A stretch of DNA of 62,936 nt, the filler included, from Platydemus manokwari (taxonomy: Eukaryota): NCBI GenBank assembly GCA_037951405.1. It is 6 parts of 6 records of this genome, joined end to end, with 100 filler letters (N's around TTAATTAATTAA, not from the genome) between each part and the next. Parts side by side here need not be neighbours in the genome. Positions count along the whole stretch, not along the records: positions 1 to 11,744 come from JBBMOY010489998.1; positions 11,845 to 21,957 come from JBBMOY011167658.1; 4 more parts are not named here. One strand, given 5' to 3'. Shown here piece by piece: positions 1 to 12,936 of the stretch. The translations under genes were made by a program, and so were the position numbers. Each line of letters opens with the position of its first letter. The first letter of the stretch is position 1. The notes under the pieces are model-generated. The model worked only from the letters and a program-made list of their open reading frames with translations. It was not told the origin of the DNA and did not search any database.

Positions 1-3000
1 TAAATAGAAGTGCAAAAATCTATCACAAATGAATGAGTCGTAATAGTCTTGTAATTAGATGAATGATAATAATAATAATATATAATCAATAATAATGGTA
101 AAACCAAAGGTCAATTAGTTATCACTCAAACATTCCATTAATATGATGAATATGTAAACGATATATTAAACAAAAAATCGAAAAAATCCAACTTTTTGTT
201 CTCAACAAACAAGAAAAATATATTCAATTTTCTGTCATCGAGAAAGTCCAACGAAAATCTCCATCAAGAAAAATAACTGTTCGTAACTAGAAAAAATAAC
301 TAATTTATTCAAAACTAAAAAACACGTTTCATCAAATGAAAAACTTTTGTAAATCATTTGTTTCGGATAATTTTCTTTTTTTTGGTATTTTTCTGTGAGT
401 ATTCAGCAAATCATACGATGAATATCTACCAGTATATTTTATAAAAAATTCATGTGAAATAAATAATTCAGATAAATAATCCTGGAAATAAAAAGAGAAA
501 AAACGAAAACTACAAAATAACAAAAGCGTGAAATAAAACCAACTATAAAAATGAATAAAAGTAAATGTTTACATAAGTAATTTGTTGACTGATTTATGAA
601 GGTCCAATATTGTTCACTCAACCGTGCCAAAGCGTAGGCCGAGTCACCAAAATCATTAGACTTAATAATTATATAATAATACTACTGTTGTACTGGCTTA
701 GGTCAAAAATGAGGGTTATCAAACATAAATTTGTAAAAATTGTGAGAGCATTGCTAATATTTACGTAAATGATGCCAATTTGAAAATATAAGTTAAGTAT
801 TATTTAATAAAAATGAAAAATAAACAGATCTAAGTAGTTCAATCACCTATTTTCAAATTATAGTGAAGAGCTTAGAATTGTAAAACTAATATTTTCAACC
901 ATAATTCATGAAAATAGATATAGGTCATTGGGAAAATAAGATTGAAAATTTCTGTTAGCTTAAATAAAATTGAAATATGTTTTGGTAATTTGAATTTTGT
1001 TATTACCGTTATTCATATATGGAATATATAATTCGAATATCATTATTCCAACTTATTATAAACAGAGACCGCCGTAACTCGATCCAAATATCATACCTAA
1101 TAACACATTCTCGTTAACAATTTATCTGAACTAACATAACATTTTTTAATCAATCAGGAAATTTTATTGATCTTCTACTGTTTTTACTGATCATTTAAAA
1201 ATATGTTTATAAACTTATATAAAATTTATAATCTCTTAAACATTAAAAAAAATGAAAATGAAAGTTAAACATTCTATCATTTTAGTATATTATTGGATCT
1301 AAAATAGATATTAATTACAAATTCATTCTCACACTGTAAATATGTTCTCTATATTGAGGATTTCATTTGAAATAACAAAATCACAGTTCTGTCAATTAGA
1401 TTTAGTTGGAGTTTCCTTTATAATTCGTACAAATTTTAAATTTAAAAGTAAATTTTCCTTACACGGTATTAAGATTTCAAAATACCGAGGCAATTCAGAT
1501 ATCAAATGTTGATTATTTACCACAAAATATTTAAAGCTTAGATTTTTATCAAGAAATTTTAAATTTATTTAAATATTGATTAATATTATGGTGAAATAGA
1601 CAGCTGATTCCAATCATGTAGATAATAATTATTTCTGATATTAATATTTGTAGTGATGATATATTGTAAGCCATTATTTTTTAAGCATTCGAAACGAAAA
1701 TTATGTCACAAAATTATATTTTAACTACATTAATTTAAACAAATAAATATTATTAAAATAAAATAATTTCAAAAATCCTCACAATGCCATCAAAATATAA
1801 TCTTAATCCAAAACCATCAGTGAAGTGATTTATATGAATTTATTTATAGACTTTAAATTTTTTATTGAATAAATTATTTATTGTTCAAATATTTTCTAAC
1901 TGAAAAATTATGAGTAACACAATAACAAAAATGAATTGTAATAATAAATCACATTATTTTCATTATTGGATATTAATCAGAGAACATGAAAACAGTGTCA
2001 AAAGTTTGCAAGTATATATGACTTGAAAAGTAAAAATTTATAAAAATTTAAGTAAAATATGAATTGAATAATTGATATATTGTAGATCAATAACTATAAA
2101 TTGAATTCTATTTTACAATGGTCGTCCGAAAACAAATTCTATTTATCCAACCATTTGTCTGTAATATTGTTCAAAAGAAAAATAAATTGACAAGCTCACA
2201 ACTCATCATGAACAACCAGATTCCAATTGATGAATGGAAACTATAAAGATATGAAAAATATTGCATAATATGGAAACGCTTAACAAACACAAGCCAGTTG
2301 TTCATTTACTAAAATTTCTGTCACTTTTAGCTGACTGAAAGAAATAATATTTAATTTGAATACTAATTATATCTCATCTAAATTATGGAATTTTCTCAAA
2401 AATTGAGTTTGTTAAAAGCCTGGATTTTTAAATGGCAGGATGTTTGTTGAAATAAGTTGATTGTGCGAAATTAAAAATGTTTTTTTTTCCAAATTTAATG
2501 CTTTTCTAAAAATGGGTAAAACACGAAATGTTAGTTGATGTTATGCTAAATATAATTTACCGCATAATTTGCTTTTCTATTTCTATTCAATGAAGCTTAT
2601 ATATTTAATATTTCGTGAGAATAGTCATAAATCTTGCTAATATTAATACACATATTTTCAGATTAAAAATCCAGTTATTCCAGACATCACTTTAATTATA
2701 TGTGATGATTATTAATCATACAAGAGTACAATTAATCCACTTGCACACGTAATCATGACAAAATAAACATGACGAGTTCTACAGGATTAATTTTTAATCC
2801 GTATGAAATATCAAAAAATTAAATCATAAGATTTCATTAATTTTTATAAAAATTAAGAAACAATTGTTATTAAATTTATTAATTAGAAGTTTTATAACAA
2901 ATTAATCATCAAAAAATATGTCAGAAAATCCATCAAATTGTAATTCATGCTAATAAACCATTGATAAGTTTATTTAATTCGAATAAAAATATAAAAACTC

Positions 3001-4429
3001 GAACGATCCGGATGCAACATTATTAATATAATCCTTAAGAATTAAATATTCCGCGTAAAATATGATAAAAATAGAGTTGTAATTGATTTTTAAAATAATT
3101 AAAACGTATTACCATGAAAAACTTGTATTCGTTTAGTTCGTCATATAATGACTGTTAATCATACCGACAATATTTCACCATCGATGTATATATGTGTGTG
3201 TGTGTGCAAACGTTTTTAATTCATATTTTTTTAAATTTATATATAAGATCTACATAAAAATAATTGTCGTGATATTGATTGTTGACATTGTTAAAAATGG
3301 GATGTATTAAATTATAATTAAAAATCCTCATATTTTTATTCCCCGTTCATATTGTTGAATCCAAAACACTTTCTCACATATAAATATAACCATCAAATAA
3401 CATTAGATAAACAAAAACCCAATTCCATTATTTTCGCGATAGAGAAAGAAAACAATACCAGAAATGAAATGTTATCTAACGATCGATTGATAATAATAAA
3501 TAAAAGAAATATAATAACAGAATTGTAGAAAGCCATTTGTTGAAAGCCAATTTCAATGACATCAATCGAATTTCCACAATTTCAATACTCGGAGAGAGAG
3601 AAAAATTTCAATTTCTCTGTTTTCAGAGAAAGAAATTATAGATGATTAAGACATATAGCTGGATAAATTCACGAATCAATCGTTAATTAAATAAATATTG
3701 ATAAATATGGAACAATATTCTAGAGTTCACAATTGATTTTAAAATGGATTTTACTGTCTAATATTTTCACTAATTCATGATAAAGAAACTGTTGAATATA
3801 TTTTATCGGTATAAAGTGCAGGAACAGTTCATTTTATATTGAACCATCCATCCTATGGGTTGACTAAAATCAATTTAAGTGTTTTTGATTTTCTTCAAAC
3901 AATCTCAGCGGAATCCTTTTATAAAACCAGTTTAATTTGATGTCCTAGCTTTGTAGTTCGTTTACAATGAGTGCTTTATGAAATAATACTGGCTTATATA
4001 GTCAACAAGCATTTGGATTCGATCCCAAGGAGATCTATGACATGGAAGTATAGAGATAAGGAGATATTGAGACGATATATAAAAAAAATGAAGAATATTC
4101 GAATAATTAAAGAAGAGAGAAGAAATAGAAATGTCCATTTAGGTATATATTTTGATGGTTCAATACAGAAATAATTAGAAATTCGTATAGGATCAAATAT
4201 TTAAGAAAGGAGGATGTGAGGATATAAAAATTAAAAAAATTTTTATAAATTGATATCAAGACATGAATTAGTTGAAATAATTGTTCTCCAATGGATAATT
4301 TGATTATGTAACTTTGCAGTTCGTTTTCAATGCGTGCTTTTTAAAATACTAGTGGCTCATAACATTCACGATCGATAATTTATAAATACAAATTTATTGA
4401 TTCCATTATTTCGAATCCACATAAACTTT

Positions 4430-4760
4430 GATAAATATTTATTATTATCTATTCTTATAGTTATTAATTTTTTTTAATTAATTTTTATTTAATAAATTAA
4501 TTTTAATTACTTTTTATTACATTTATTAATTTAAATAATATAATATAAATTAATTCTAATAATTCAATTGATAAATTAATTATTTATCGATATTTTAATA
4601 AATAAATAATTATTTACCAATACTCTTCTAATAATTCAATAAAGTACCTTCAATGTTATAATTATTAATGATTAATTTAATTAATAAATTATCATTTGCC
4701 AATATTTTATTTATAATTATTATTATCAATAATTATTATTAAAAATTTATTAAACGAAAT
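4430..4760. repeat. Extreme A/T low-complexity tract
   Basis: Almost only A/T, with TTA/TAA-like degenerate units. Confidence 0.7.
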
Positions 4761-4921
4761 TATTTCGGAGTACCATCAGGTATCGAACTGAAAAAATAAA
4801 AACAATGTTGATTAATAGTAGAATTGAAATGTGAGTTCACTTGAACCGATCTCCAATTTATACAATGCCAATGACAATCATTGTTTTCAAAAAAATAGAT
4901 AATATTTTAATGATGTCCAAC

Positions 4922-5530
4922 CTTTTTCCCATTTCTATCAATCAAGATATTGCTACCGACCACGGCAAATGGAATCTTTTCGCGACATTTTTTCAAATCC
5001 ATAACTTCACCATCGTTATCACTGGCTGAATACGCTGATCCGGATTCGGGAAAATCATAAATTTTAATTTTGTGGAATGCGATTTGATTTATGATACTCT
5101 TCTTGAAATCTCGACATTCCTCTTGAGTCATGGTGTCTGATTTCCCAATTATTGGAATAATATTCACCTGATGTATCCGAATAAGTTTTTTCATTAGGTT
5201 TCATTAACAAATTACCTTCTCATGGATAAGTCTCATGAATTCGATATCCAAAGGTTTTAAATTGTGACCCGTCGGTTGAATGAAATACAGGCAGGCATGA
5301 ATTCGTCTATCGGGAAAAATCGTTCGACTGATCTTGTTCTCATTATCAATATATTCATCGAAACGACTATCAATGTATTCAATAATCGGATCCCAGCATG
5401 CGCTATTATCGACAGCATCACCGAAACCGGGAGTGTCCACCAAACACAACTTTAATACAACGTCGCACTCCTTCAATATTACTGTTGTTGGTTCAACGTA
5501 AACCGTACTTTTAATGCGTTTTGATGGACC
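4922..5530 (-). CDS. SEPT7: Septin, SEPT7 group; two internal exons (5530-5216, 5167-4922); 5' P-loop exon and 3' exons not found in this contig
   Basis: Translation [10 protein letters not shown]...[20 protein letters not shown]...[15 protein letters not shown]|[12 protein letters not shown]...PFAVVGSN is colinear with SEPT7 (G3 DTPG; G4 AKAD here GKSD). 48-nt GT-AG intron at 5215-5168; AG acceptor at 5532-5531; GT donor at 4921. Confidence 0.92.
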
Positions 5531-8500
5531 CTTAATAGAATTAATTTTAATCATGATTATCTCACATATTTCTATAATTGTAATGATGGAATTTCAAAAT
5601 CAATATTTCAAAATGTCTTATCTACAGGTAAATTGAAAAAAGGAATTAAAATTCAGTCAAAATTCATTGGTAGTTTAGAGTGAACTTGTTATTCAACCAA
5701 TTCCTAAGAAAGAAACAAGGTGTTAAATCAGGATATCCGACCGATCACTCATGCGAAACCACGAAGTTCGCGAAGCCATTTATAATCATAAAATATATGA
5801 GTAAAAATTAAGTCTTTAATATTCTCCCAAGTACTGAGAATAGGTCAGAATTCATATATAGTTTTAATATTTTTAAAATAAGAGTTACTTTTCTATAAAT
5901 ACTGATTATAATTATTCAGATTGTTTTATATATTTTTGCCAAATATTGACAATGTTTTTAAATATGATAAAACATCTCATTGGTGATTGACTAATATGAA
6001 GCACGATTTGAAAGAACTACTGATAATAATTGTTTATCAAGATATAAATAGTAACACCATATATTTAAAACACCGTATTTTTAAAAATATTTGCAGCAAA
6101 TTGAGTATATAACCAGATAATTATTCGAAATTACTTTTCAATTCAAACATTCTAATAATACCCCTATATCGATTTATTCGTAAAAGGTGTTGCTGAAAAT
6201 TATTATTATTAGCTCATCCGGGTCGTTCATTCTATAAGTGAAATAAAGATTAAAAAAAATAAATGTGATGTTATAATTTTAACGAATATTAGTTATTTTA
6301 GTTCAGTATGTTATTATTAATTTTAGTATAGTATTAAAATTGATACTGGGAATTTAATAATATAGGATGAGGTAAAGTATCAACTAGAGGTTGCTTAATT
6401 ATATTGAATACACTGTTAGAAATTTTAATCTACACTTAATATTGGAAATCTAAAGGATTGTTTAATACACAATGAAAATACATTTTTGTGTCAATAGTAT
6501 AATTATTGAAATGTTTGAACTATTTTTACTATATGAACCTGTAGGCTGCTGTAAATTATTATTATCATACCGACCTATTAATATATGTTAACTGTTTTAA
6601 ATTATTAACTATTATTTGTGGTGTAAAACCAGAAGTCTTTCATCTAAAATATAAAAATGCAAAAATGAATTAAAAGTTAAATTTAAATTGATTTAATCAT
6701 ATTTTGAACTACGAAGCTAGTCATTTGTCTTGAAGAAGTTATAAATTTATTTTATTAATTTTGAGCAAATGTTACAGTTATTCATTTTTTTTCGAAGCAA
6801 TGAAGAAACTTAGTTGTATAATCTAACATCAGACTGGCAGCTAGTGATAGCCTTGTGATCTTTTAAAATCCAACAAGAGTCTTATACTTGGTTCACCATT
6901 TTCTTTTTGTCAGAGAGGCTTGTCCGAGCATTTAAGCGACGCGCTCTTTACTGTTATCTCGAGATTGCTATTCTCAAACAATAGTGTTATTTATAAACTT
7001 CTAGTCTTGTAATTTTTATCTTAATCAAATTTATTGTTCTGCATTGTGTTATTTTATGTTTAATATTTATTTATTAATTCTTATTTTTAAATAATTATCG
7101 TCAATTGACTTATCTGCAATAGCAACCTTACCTATTGGAGTCCAGATAATTTAGAATTTTAATGAACCCTTCTGATATTAATATGAGTTAATCAATATAT
7201 TTTTTCAAATTGTATATTAGTACTTTAAATAAATTATCAAACATCATATATAAATTATCAAAATCTTTAACAATATTTACGTTAAATAGATGGCATACTT
7301 TTAACTGCTCAAATATTTTTACTTTAACAAATATCAGAACTTTATAAAAATGTGATGGTGATGATGCTATTGACAGCAAACTGCGACACTCAATGATTAT
7401 ATGTTAAACAACATAAAAAATTGAGAAAACTGTAATTTGTTTCAAAACTACATTGGAATTACATAATTGATTTCGATGTGTAAAGTGCTCCAATGAATTT
7501 TTATATCAATCCAATACGGTACTCTTTCGTCTTATTACAATAGCATCCGTTTTTCAAGAGGGTTGATGAATATGAGATAGGATTGATATTAAAATATCAT
7601 TTTACTAAATAAAATGTAACTTTTATCTTTCAGAGAGCACTGGGCCTATGTGTTTGGATCCCCACAAACATTTTTTGTATATATTTTTCCACCCGAAATA
7701 TTATCCCACGTAATTGCCACACAGTGAAAGTATCGCATCATACAAAAATATGATATAAACTTATAACAATAGAATCTCCTGATTATGGATGTGAAGGAAG
7801 TCATAGGCGGGTAATTAAGCCAATAAGCAATGATTAACAATAATGATCAGCAATGTATTAAATATTATTGATTAACAATTAGTTGTTTTTATGATTTTAA
7901 TAATGAATATTATTTAATGATTCTTTTTATTGAGTATGTTTGTAAAGAGTAAGATATCAGACTAGTTAATAAGGCAAAATTAAACAATATAAATAAAATA
8001 GTAATTAGTAATAAAATTATGCAAATATCATTAAATAGTTATAATTAATAATAATATATTGGCAGTGAAAATAAAAGAGCGTAAGACAAACATATTAAAA
8101 ATACATTAAAAACACGAAATAGCAATAAATAGGATAACATATTGAGAAAATTCATAAAAATATTAATAAAATTAATGAATTAATCGGAAAGAATATGGTG
8201 ATGACATGTGGTTGGAAAACTGGATCGGTATAAATAGGTACGCAGTATTTGATCCAGACACACAACAAAATTTTATTATACATTTGAAAACATTATCTGG
8301 TGTTTCAATTATACACCAATACAACCGAATACATTTATTCATTGATAAGAATATTTCAATCATATCTGTTAAAGACTATCTATGTTGGGGTTCTGGCCCA
8401 ACTATTTACTTAAAACAATTAATTTACATTGAAAGAATATTTGTATAACATTTGCATGCCAGTACGTATAATACGTGTACTAATTTTTATTGTATTAATT

Positions 8501-8703
8501 TTTATTTATTTTTGCATGTATTTTTATGATTTTACTTCTCTTGGATTTTTGAGCAACAAACATTCAAAAATATTAATATTTATAATAATAATTATTTATA
8601 TATATGTAAAATTATAATACCAATAAAATTACCAATATCGAATCCAGCAATCCTTAAAAAATAATAAGTAAAGTTATAAAATATTAATACGAAATAAGCT
8701 ATC

Positions 8704-8947
8704 GCGCACTAACAGTGACAAATAAATTGTCAACTGTTTCTGCGCATGAAAATTCTGTAGCAGAATAAAATAATATCACTCGATCAAATTTAATCGAGAG
8801 ATATTTTCTCTGCCTAATAAATTTATTCGGAGAGAATTTCTCTCACCAGTGAATAATTTCTATCGACAAAATAATAAATATTCACTGGCATTGAATTTAA
8901 TCGCAGACAATATCTGCAAGTGATTCACTGCCTATATAAGGCAGTGA
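8704..8947. repeat. Array of about nine abutting short inverted repeats ending in a TATA-containing hairpin
   Basis: Examples: aacagtgacaa/ttgtcaactgtt, ctcgat/atcgag (8779-8798), aataaatttatt, gagagaa-t-ttctctc (8830-8844), ccagtgaata/tattcactgg (8846-8888), tcactgcct-atata-aggcagtga (8925-8947). Confidence 0.8.
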
Positions 8948-9616
8948 TTTCAATTAACACTGCAATTATTTTCACATACACAAACCCATAGACTAATTCT
9001 GTCACTGCCGTTATTATTGTTACATCAATTGGAGTGGACCCATCGATCAATTTCAACGCACTTAAGGAGATCGACTGGTGCTGAAGATCAATTCCCATTT
9101 GTATGCTGGAAGAACCGAAGCATTTAAACTACTGATCTATATTATATATCGTATCTTGTATCTCATATTATAGTGTTTGTTGTTCAAATATCTTTGGTAT
9201 TCGGTTTTACTCCAAGAGAAGGACGTATTAACCGCTCCCATCTTGAAATTGTAAGCCATCTTGAAAACATTAGTGTATAGTGTAGTTTTAACATCAATTT
9301 TTAGTCTTATTTATTTTATGTTGTTAATTAGTATTGGTGTCATATTCAATAAATATTTGTAACATTAAAAATTTTAGTTTTTCTTAATCATATAGGGATC
9401 ATAAAATCATAGTTTGTAGTTATTGTAAAGAAAAATAGTTAATAGTTAAAAAAGATTTAATTATTTTTGAGACTGATTAATAAAAAAGTAAAATATATCA
9501 CTACTGCCACACTTATTTTCATCAAACAATAAGGCTGTGCGAGGTGAAAGAACAATAATATAAGGTAAATTACGCATGTGGCCTTAATCAAGAACTCATA
9601 GGGACTGATTAAACCA

Positions 9617-10338
9617 GTAGTGATATCAAATATGATTAAGCTTATTAAAACAGATAATTCAATAAGGCCCAAACGTAACACATTAATTGTTTATTGCAGA
9701 TAACACAAAAGTAAAATATAGTTCTTTATAACACAAAAGTAAAAGATAATTGTTTATTATCATTGATAATTTCAGCACAACAATTAATTGTTTATCGAAT
9801 GTTTGTAATATTGTTGACGCCGTTGGACATGACTTCTTCTGATCTGCTTGTCGGTTGACAATTCATAATCAAGGTATACAGCGGGATTATATGTGCGTTG
9901 ACTGCGATTATATTATGCACAAAACTAATACATTGTAGGATTTGAGACGCTAATACATTACAGGGTAATTTTTGAGATGGATGTTCCGGATGGGGCTGAT
10001 ATCCAACACAAATAGCTTAATTTCCAAGAACATTTATTCATATCCAGTACTTTACTTTATATCTGTATATCAAGATCCATACCAATTGAACGAGAATTTC
10101 GAATATTAATTAATCGATAAGTCAATCGACAGACAAATTAATTTAGGAGAAATAAATTTATCAAAAATAAATTGACTGGCAAGATCAATTAGTGATACGA
10201 TCATTTATCAAAATTACATTCACCCGAAAAAACTTGTCGGGGTTTTTAGAAAATCTGTATCCAAATATTATATATGTTACTTTCGGGCCTTATTGATTTT
10301 ATTGTTTTACTAAAATTAATCCTATTTGATACCACTAC
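9617..10338. repeat. About 64-bp imperfect inverted repeat pair (9617-9680 / 10275-10338) with TGTTAC/GTAACA termini; right copy may be a ~196-bp solo LTR or MITE (10275-10470)
   Basis: gtagtgatatcaaatatgattaag...tcaataaggcccaaacgtaaca matches the reverse complement of tgttactttcgggccttattga...ttaatcctatttgataccactac. Confidence 0.75.
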
Positions 10339-10577
10339 CGTCGAACTTAATTTAACCAGTGTAATTTTATATTTTAGTGTATTTTTGTTCAAATAATAAA
10401 CTTTTGTAGGAATAAAAAAGAAAGATAATAATTATTTTTCTAACAAATAGTAGAACCCCGAAAAGTAGCAAGCCAACCAATAAAAATTCAAAATTATTTA
10501 AAATGGTTATTTTGAAGTTAATTTTAAAATACAATAAATAATTAAAATTATTAAAAATCTAGTAAAAAGATATTTAA

Positions 10578-10950
10578 CACTAGATATACCATACCTATTT
10601 CTACAAAACCAGTCAAAAATAACTGGTGCATAAGAAAAAAGGCTTATTGTGGTTTCCAGTCTATATTTACTCTTAAAAATGACAAAAATAAAGTTGAACA
10701 ATATTAATTATAATAGATAAATGGATTTATAGACATTGCCAATTAACAAAACACTTAATTATTTACAGTTTGTTGCTCACAATTTATACATGTGTAGATT
10801 TTGTGCGTGTACACTTTCTGCATAGACTTTTTTTGCATTTATTGCAAATATTTGTGGTTTTATTGTTATTGCAATATCCTATTTGACACCATTTTCGTAC
10901 AGCATTTGTGGTTGGTATATTGACTTCGTGTGTTTTGATTTATAATATTT
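10578..10950 (-). mobile_element. piggyBac 3' remnant: terminal repeat plus frameshifted Cys-rich C-terminal domain
   Basis: TTAA (10574-10577) is followed by CACTAGA...ACCAGTCAAAAATAACTGGT. Minus strand encodes RKWCQIGYCNNNKTTNICNKCKKSLCRKCT..YTCINCE, a piggyBac transposase Cys-rich pattern. Confidence 0.75.
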
Positions 10951-10999
10951 TAAGTTTCTTTATTACAAATCTCACAAAAACATAACCTTTGGAATTGGC

Positions 11000-11640
11000 T
11001 TCGACAATTTTACTCGGAGGACGTTCGTCTGGAATCAAAATAAAATAAAATTCAATAATCATGAAATTATTGGTGATTCTTTCAGAATAATAATTGTGGA
11101 AGTTCAGATTGTTGAAAAACTCAATTACTTTTTAAAATATTATTAAAACCAGAAATTATTGGTTATGAGAATTTAATAATATTTTCAAAAACTGTTTATA
11201 AAGAAGAATATCAAATTTTGTATCATAGATTTAAAAATACATTATCAAAAGAAAGTATTATAAAAGTATTTGAAGAACATCATCATTTTGATAACGTTAT
11301 GACTATTAGAGAAAGTTGTGAAAATTTTCTAGAAGAACGTACTATGTCAAAACAAGGTCCTTCTATAATATTGGCTTCTAAATTTAGAGAATTTATGAAT
11401 CATTCTGATTTAAATAAGGCTAAAAGAATTAATGATATTTGATGATTGTGTAACAGAAAAAAAATCAAGAAATAATGTCCGCTTATTATACAAGAGTAAG
11501 ACATAATAATTGAATTGTATTTTTTTATCTCAAAGTTGGTTTGATTTACGAAAGAAAACAATTAGAAACAAATATAACTTCATCATTTTGTTTAAATTAA
11601 ATAAAAGGAATTAAAATTTAATATATTCTAATACAATCTA
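11000..11640 (+). pseudogene. Polinton/Maverick A32-like DNA-packaging ATPase pseudogene
   Basis: Across frameshifts and stops: FRIIIV-GSSDC*KTQLLF (decayed Walker A), LIIFSKT, LMIFDDCVTEK (Walker B), YYTRVRHNNLNCIFLSQSWF (R-x-R-H plus conserved Q), IRNKYNFIILFK. Confidence 0.8.
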
Positions 11641-11744
11641 TTATAACTTTCTAAAAATCCAAATAATTGTTTTAAAGAAAATATTCATTTGAATGTGATT
11701 TTTAAATTATAAAAAGCTTTTCTTCTTATGAAATATTTATTGTC

Positions 11745-11844
11745 NNNNNNNNNNNNNNNNNNNNNNNNNNNNNNNNNNNNNNNNNNNNTTAATTAATTAA
11801 NNNNNNNNNNNNNNNNNNNNNNNNNNNNNNNNNNNNNNNNNNNN
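11745..11844. other. Artificial contig linker N44-TTAATTAATTAA-N44
   Basis: Identical 100-nt structure occurs five times; the 12-mer gives stops in all six frames. Confidence 0.97.
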
Positions 11845-12936
11845 ATCCAAGTATGCTGGACACCTCATCATCCTCAGAACCCGCATATTCGTCGTCCGAG
11901 ATGTCATTTGATCTGAATCTTCTCCTCGATAGTAATATAGCTTTCCCTTGGTGGAATTGCCATTGCTGATATGCGGATTTGATGTTTTATAACTTCATGA
12001 ATAATTGATAAATTAGAAGAATACTAATTGGTTAATTCAATGTTATTGATTGAAATGGAATTTCAATGAATTCAGACTATGGCACAATAAATTCCCATTT
12101 CAAATAACCTTCGTTGGATTACCACATTAAAGAAAACCAAGTTCAAATAAAATTAAAAAAATTTTTAAACCTGTTTTTTCAAATACAAAATAACTCGTTT
12201 AGTGAAAATTTATAAAAAATAATTTCTTGAAATATTTTTAAATTACATAGTATTATTTAATATTTGTTTTGTAATAAAATATAATTTAATTCGTTATATA
12301 AAATAATAAGAATGTGATATTTTCAATGATAAACTTTTAAAATAATTTTTATTCTAATTTGTAAATATTTTGGCACATTGTAGAACAATTAATCAATTTG
12401 AATTATCGCATCTCCTTTGATTCGCAGAACTAAATGAGTCAATAACTTAAATTTCAAAAATTAAAATGATTTGCAGTTCTAATAATCAATAAAACAAACA
12501 AATATTGTTTAAGCCTTTCGACATTGTATGATAAAATTTGTATCAACTTCTCAGTACCGCTCGTTATATTATTTCCAATCAAATGGTTTCTTCAATTATT
12601 GGATAAACTTATTATTATTGTTTAAATACGGTTATACAAATTCAAAAATTACGCTTCCAAAAAATGGAGATTTCATTAACACTTCAATTTTACGCAGATT
12701 TAGAAAAATACTCAAAAACCGATTACACCAAAGATAATGCTCTAACACCTATCACTTCAGACATCCTAAATTGATTTGACAACAACCCAAATAACGAAGC
12801 AACCTTTAATTGAACAAAAAATCAATAAACCGGGACTCCGTTATGAAATCTAATGTTGAAGTGGCACCATTAAAAATAATACAACCGATATTTAACTCAA
12901 TAAAATGCAATTAAAATCAAAAATTTGTGCTTTTTT

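Noticed and set aside
332-790. Coding-like minus-strand frame with in-frame TAG/TGA, suggesting stop-codon reassignment
   Set aside because: All conserved genes here translate cleanly with the standard code and end in TAA, TAG or TGA; pseudogene or TE decay is simpler.
4841-5455. Plus-strand ORFs opposite the septin (likewise 35777-36236, 51688-51873, 31076-31369)
   Set aside because: Antisense shadows of real coding sequence.
8704-8947. CRISPR-like repeat-spacer array
   Set aside because: The palindromes are not copies of one repeat, there are no regular spacers or cas genes, and the DNA is eukaryotic.
11789-11800. TTAATTAATTAA recurring about every 10 kb as a biological periodic motif
   Set aside because: Always centred in exactly 44+44 Ns; it is a six-frame-stop assembly linker.
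11845-11990. GC-richer minus-strand stretch (RRRFRSNDISDDEYAGSEDDEV) at a contig edge
   Set aside because: Two frames are open, no start or family can be assigned, and it is truncated by the linker.
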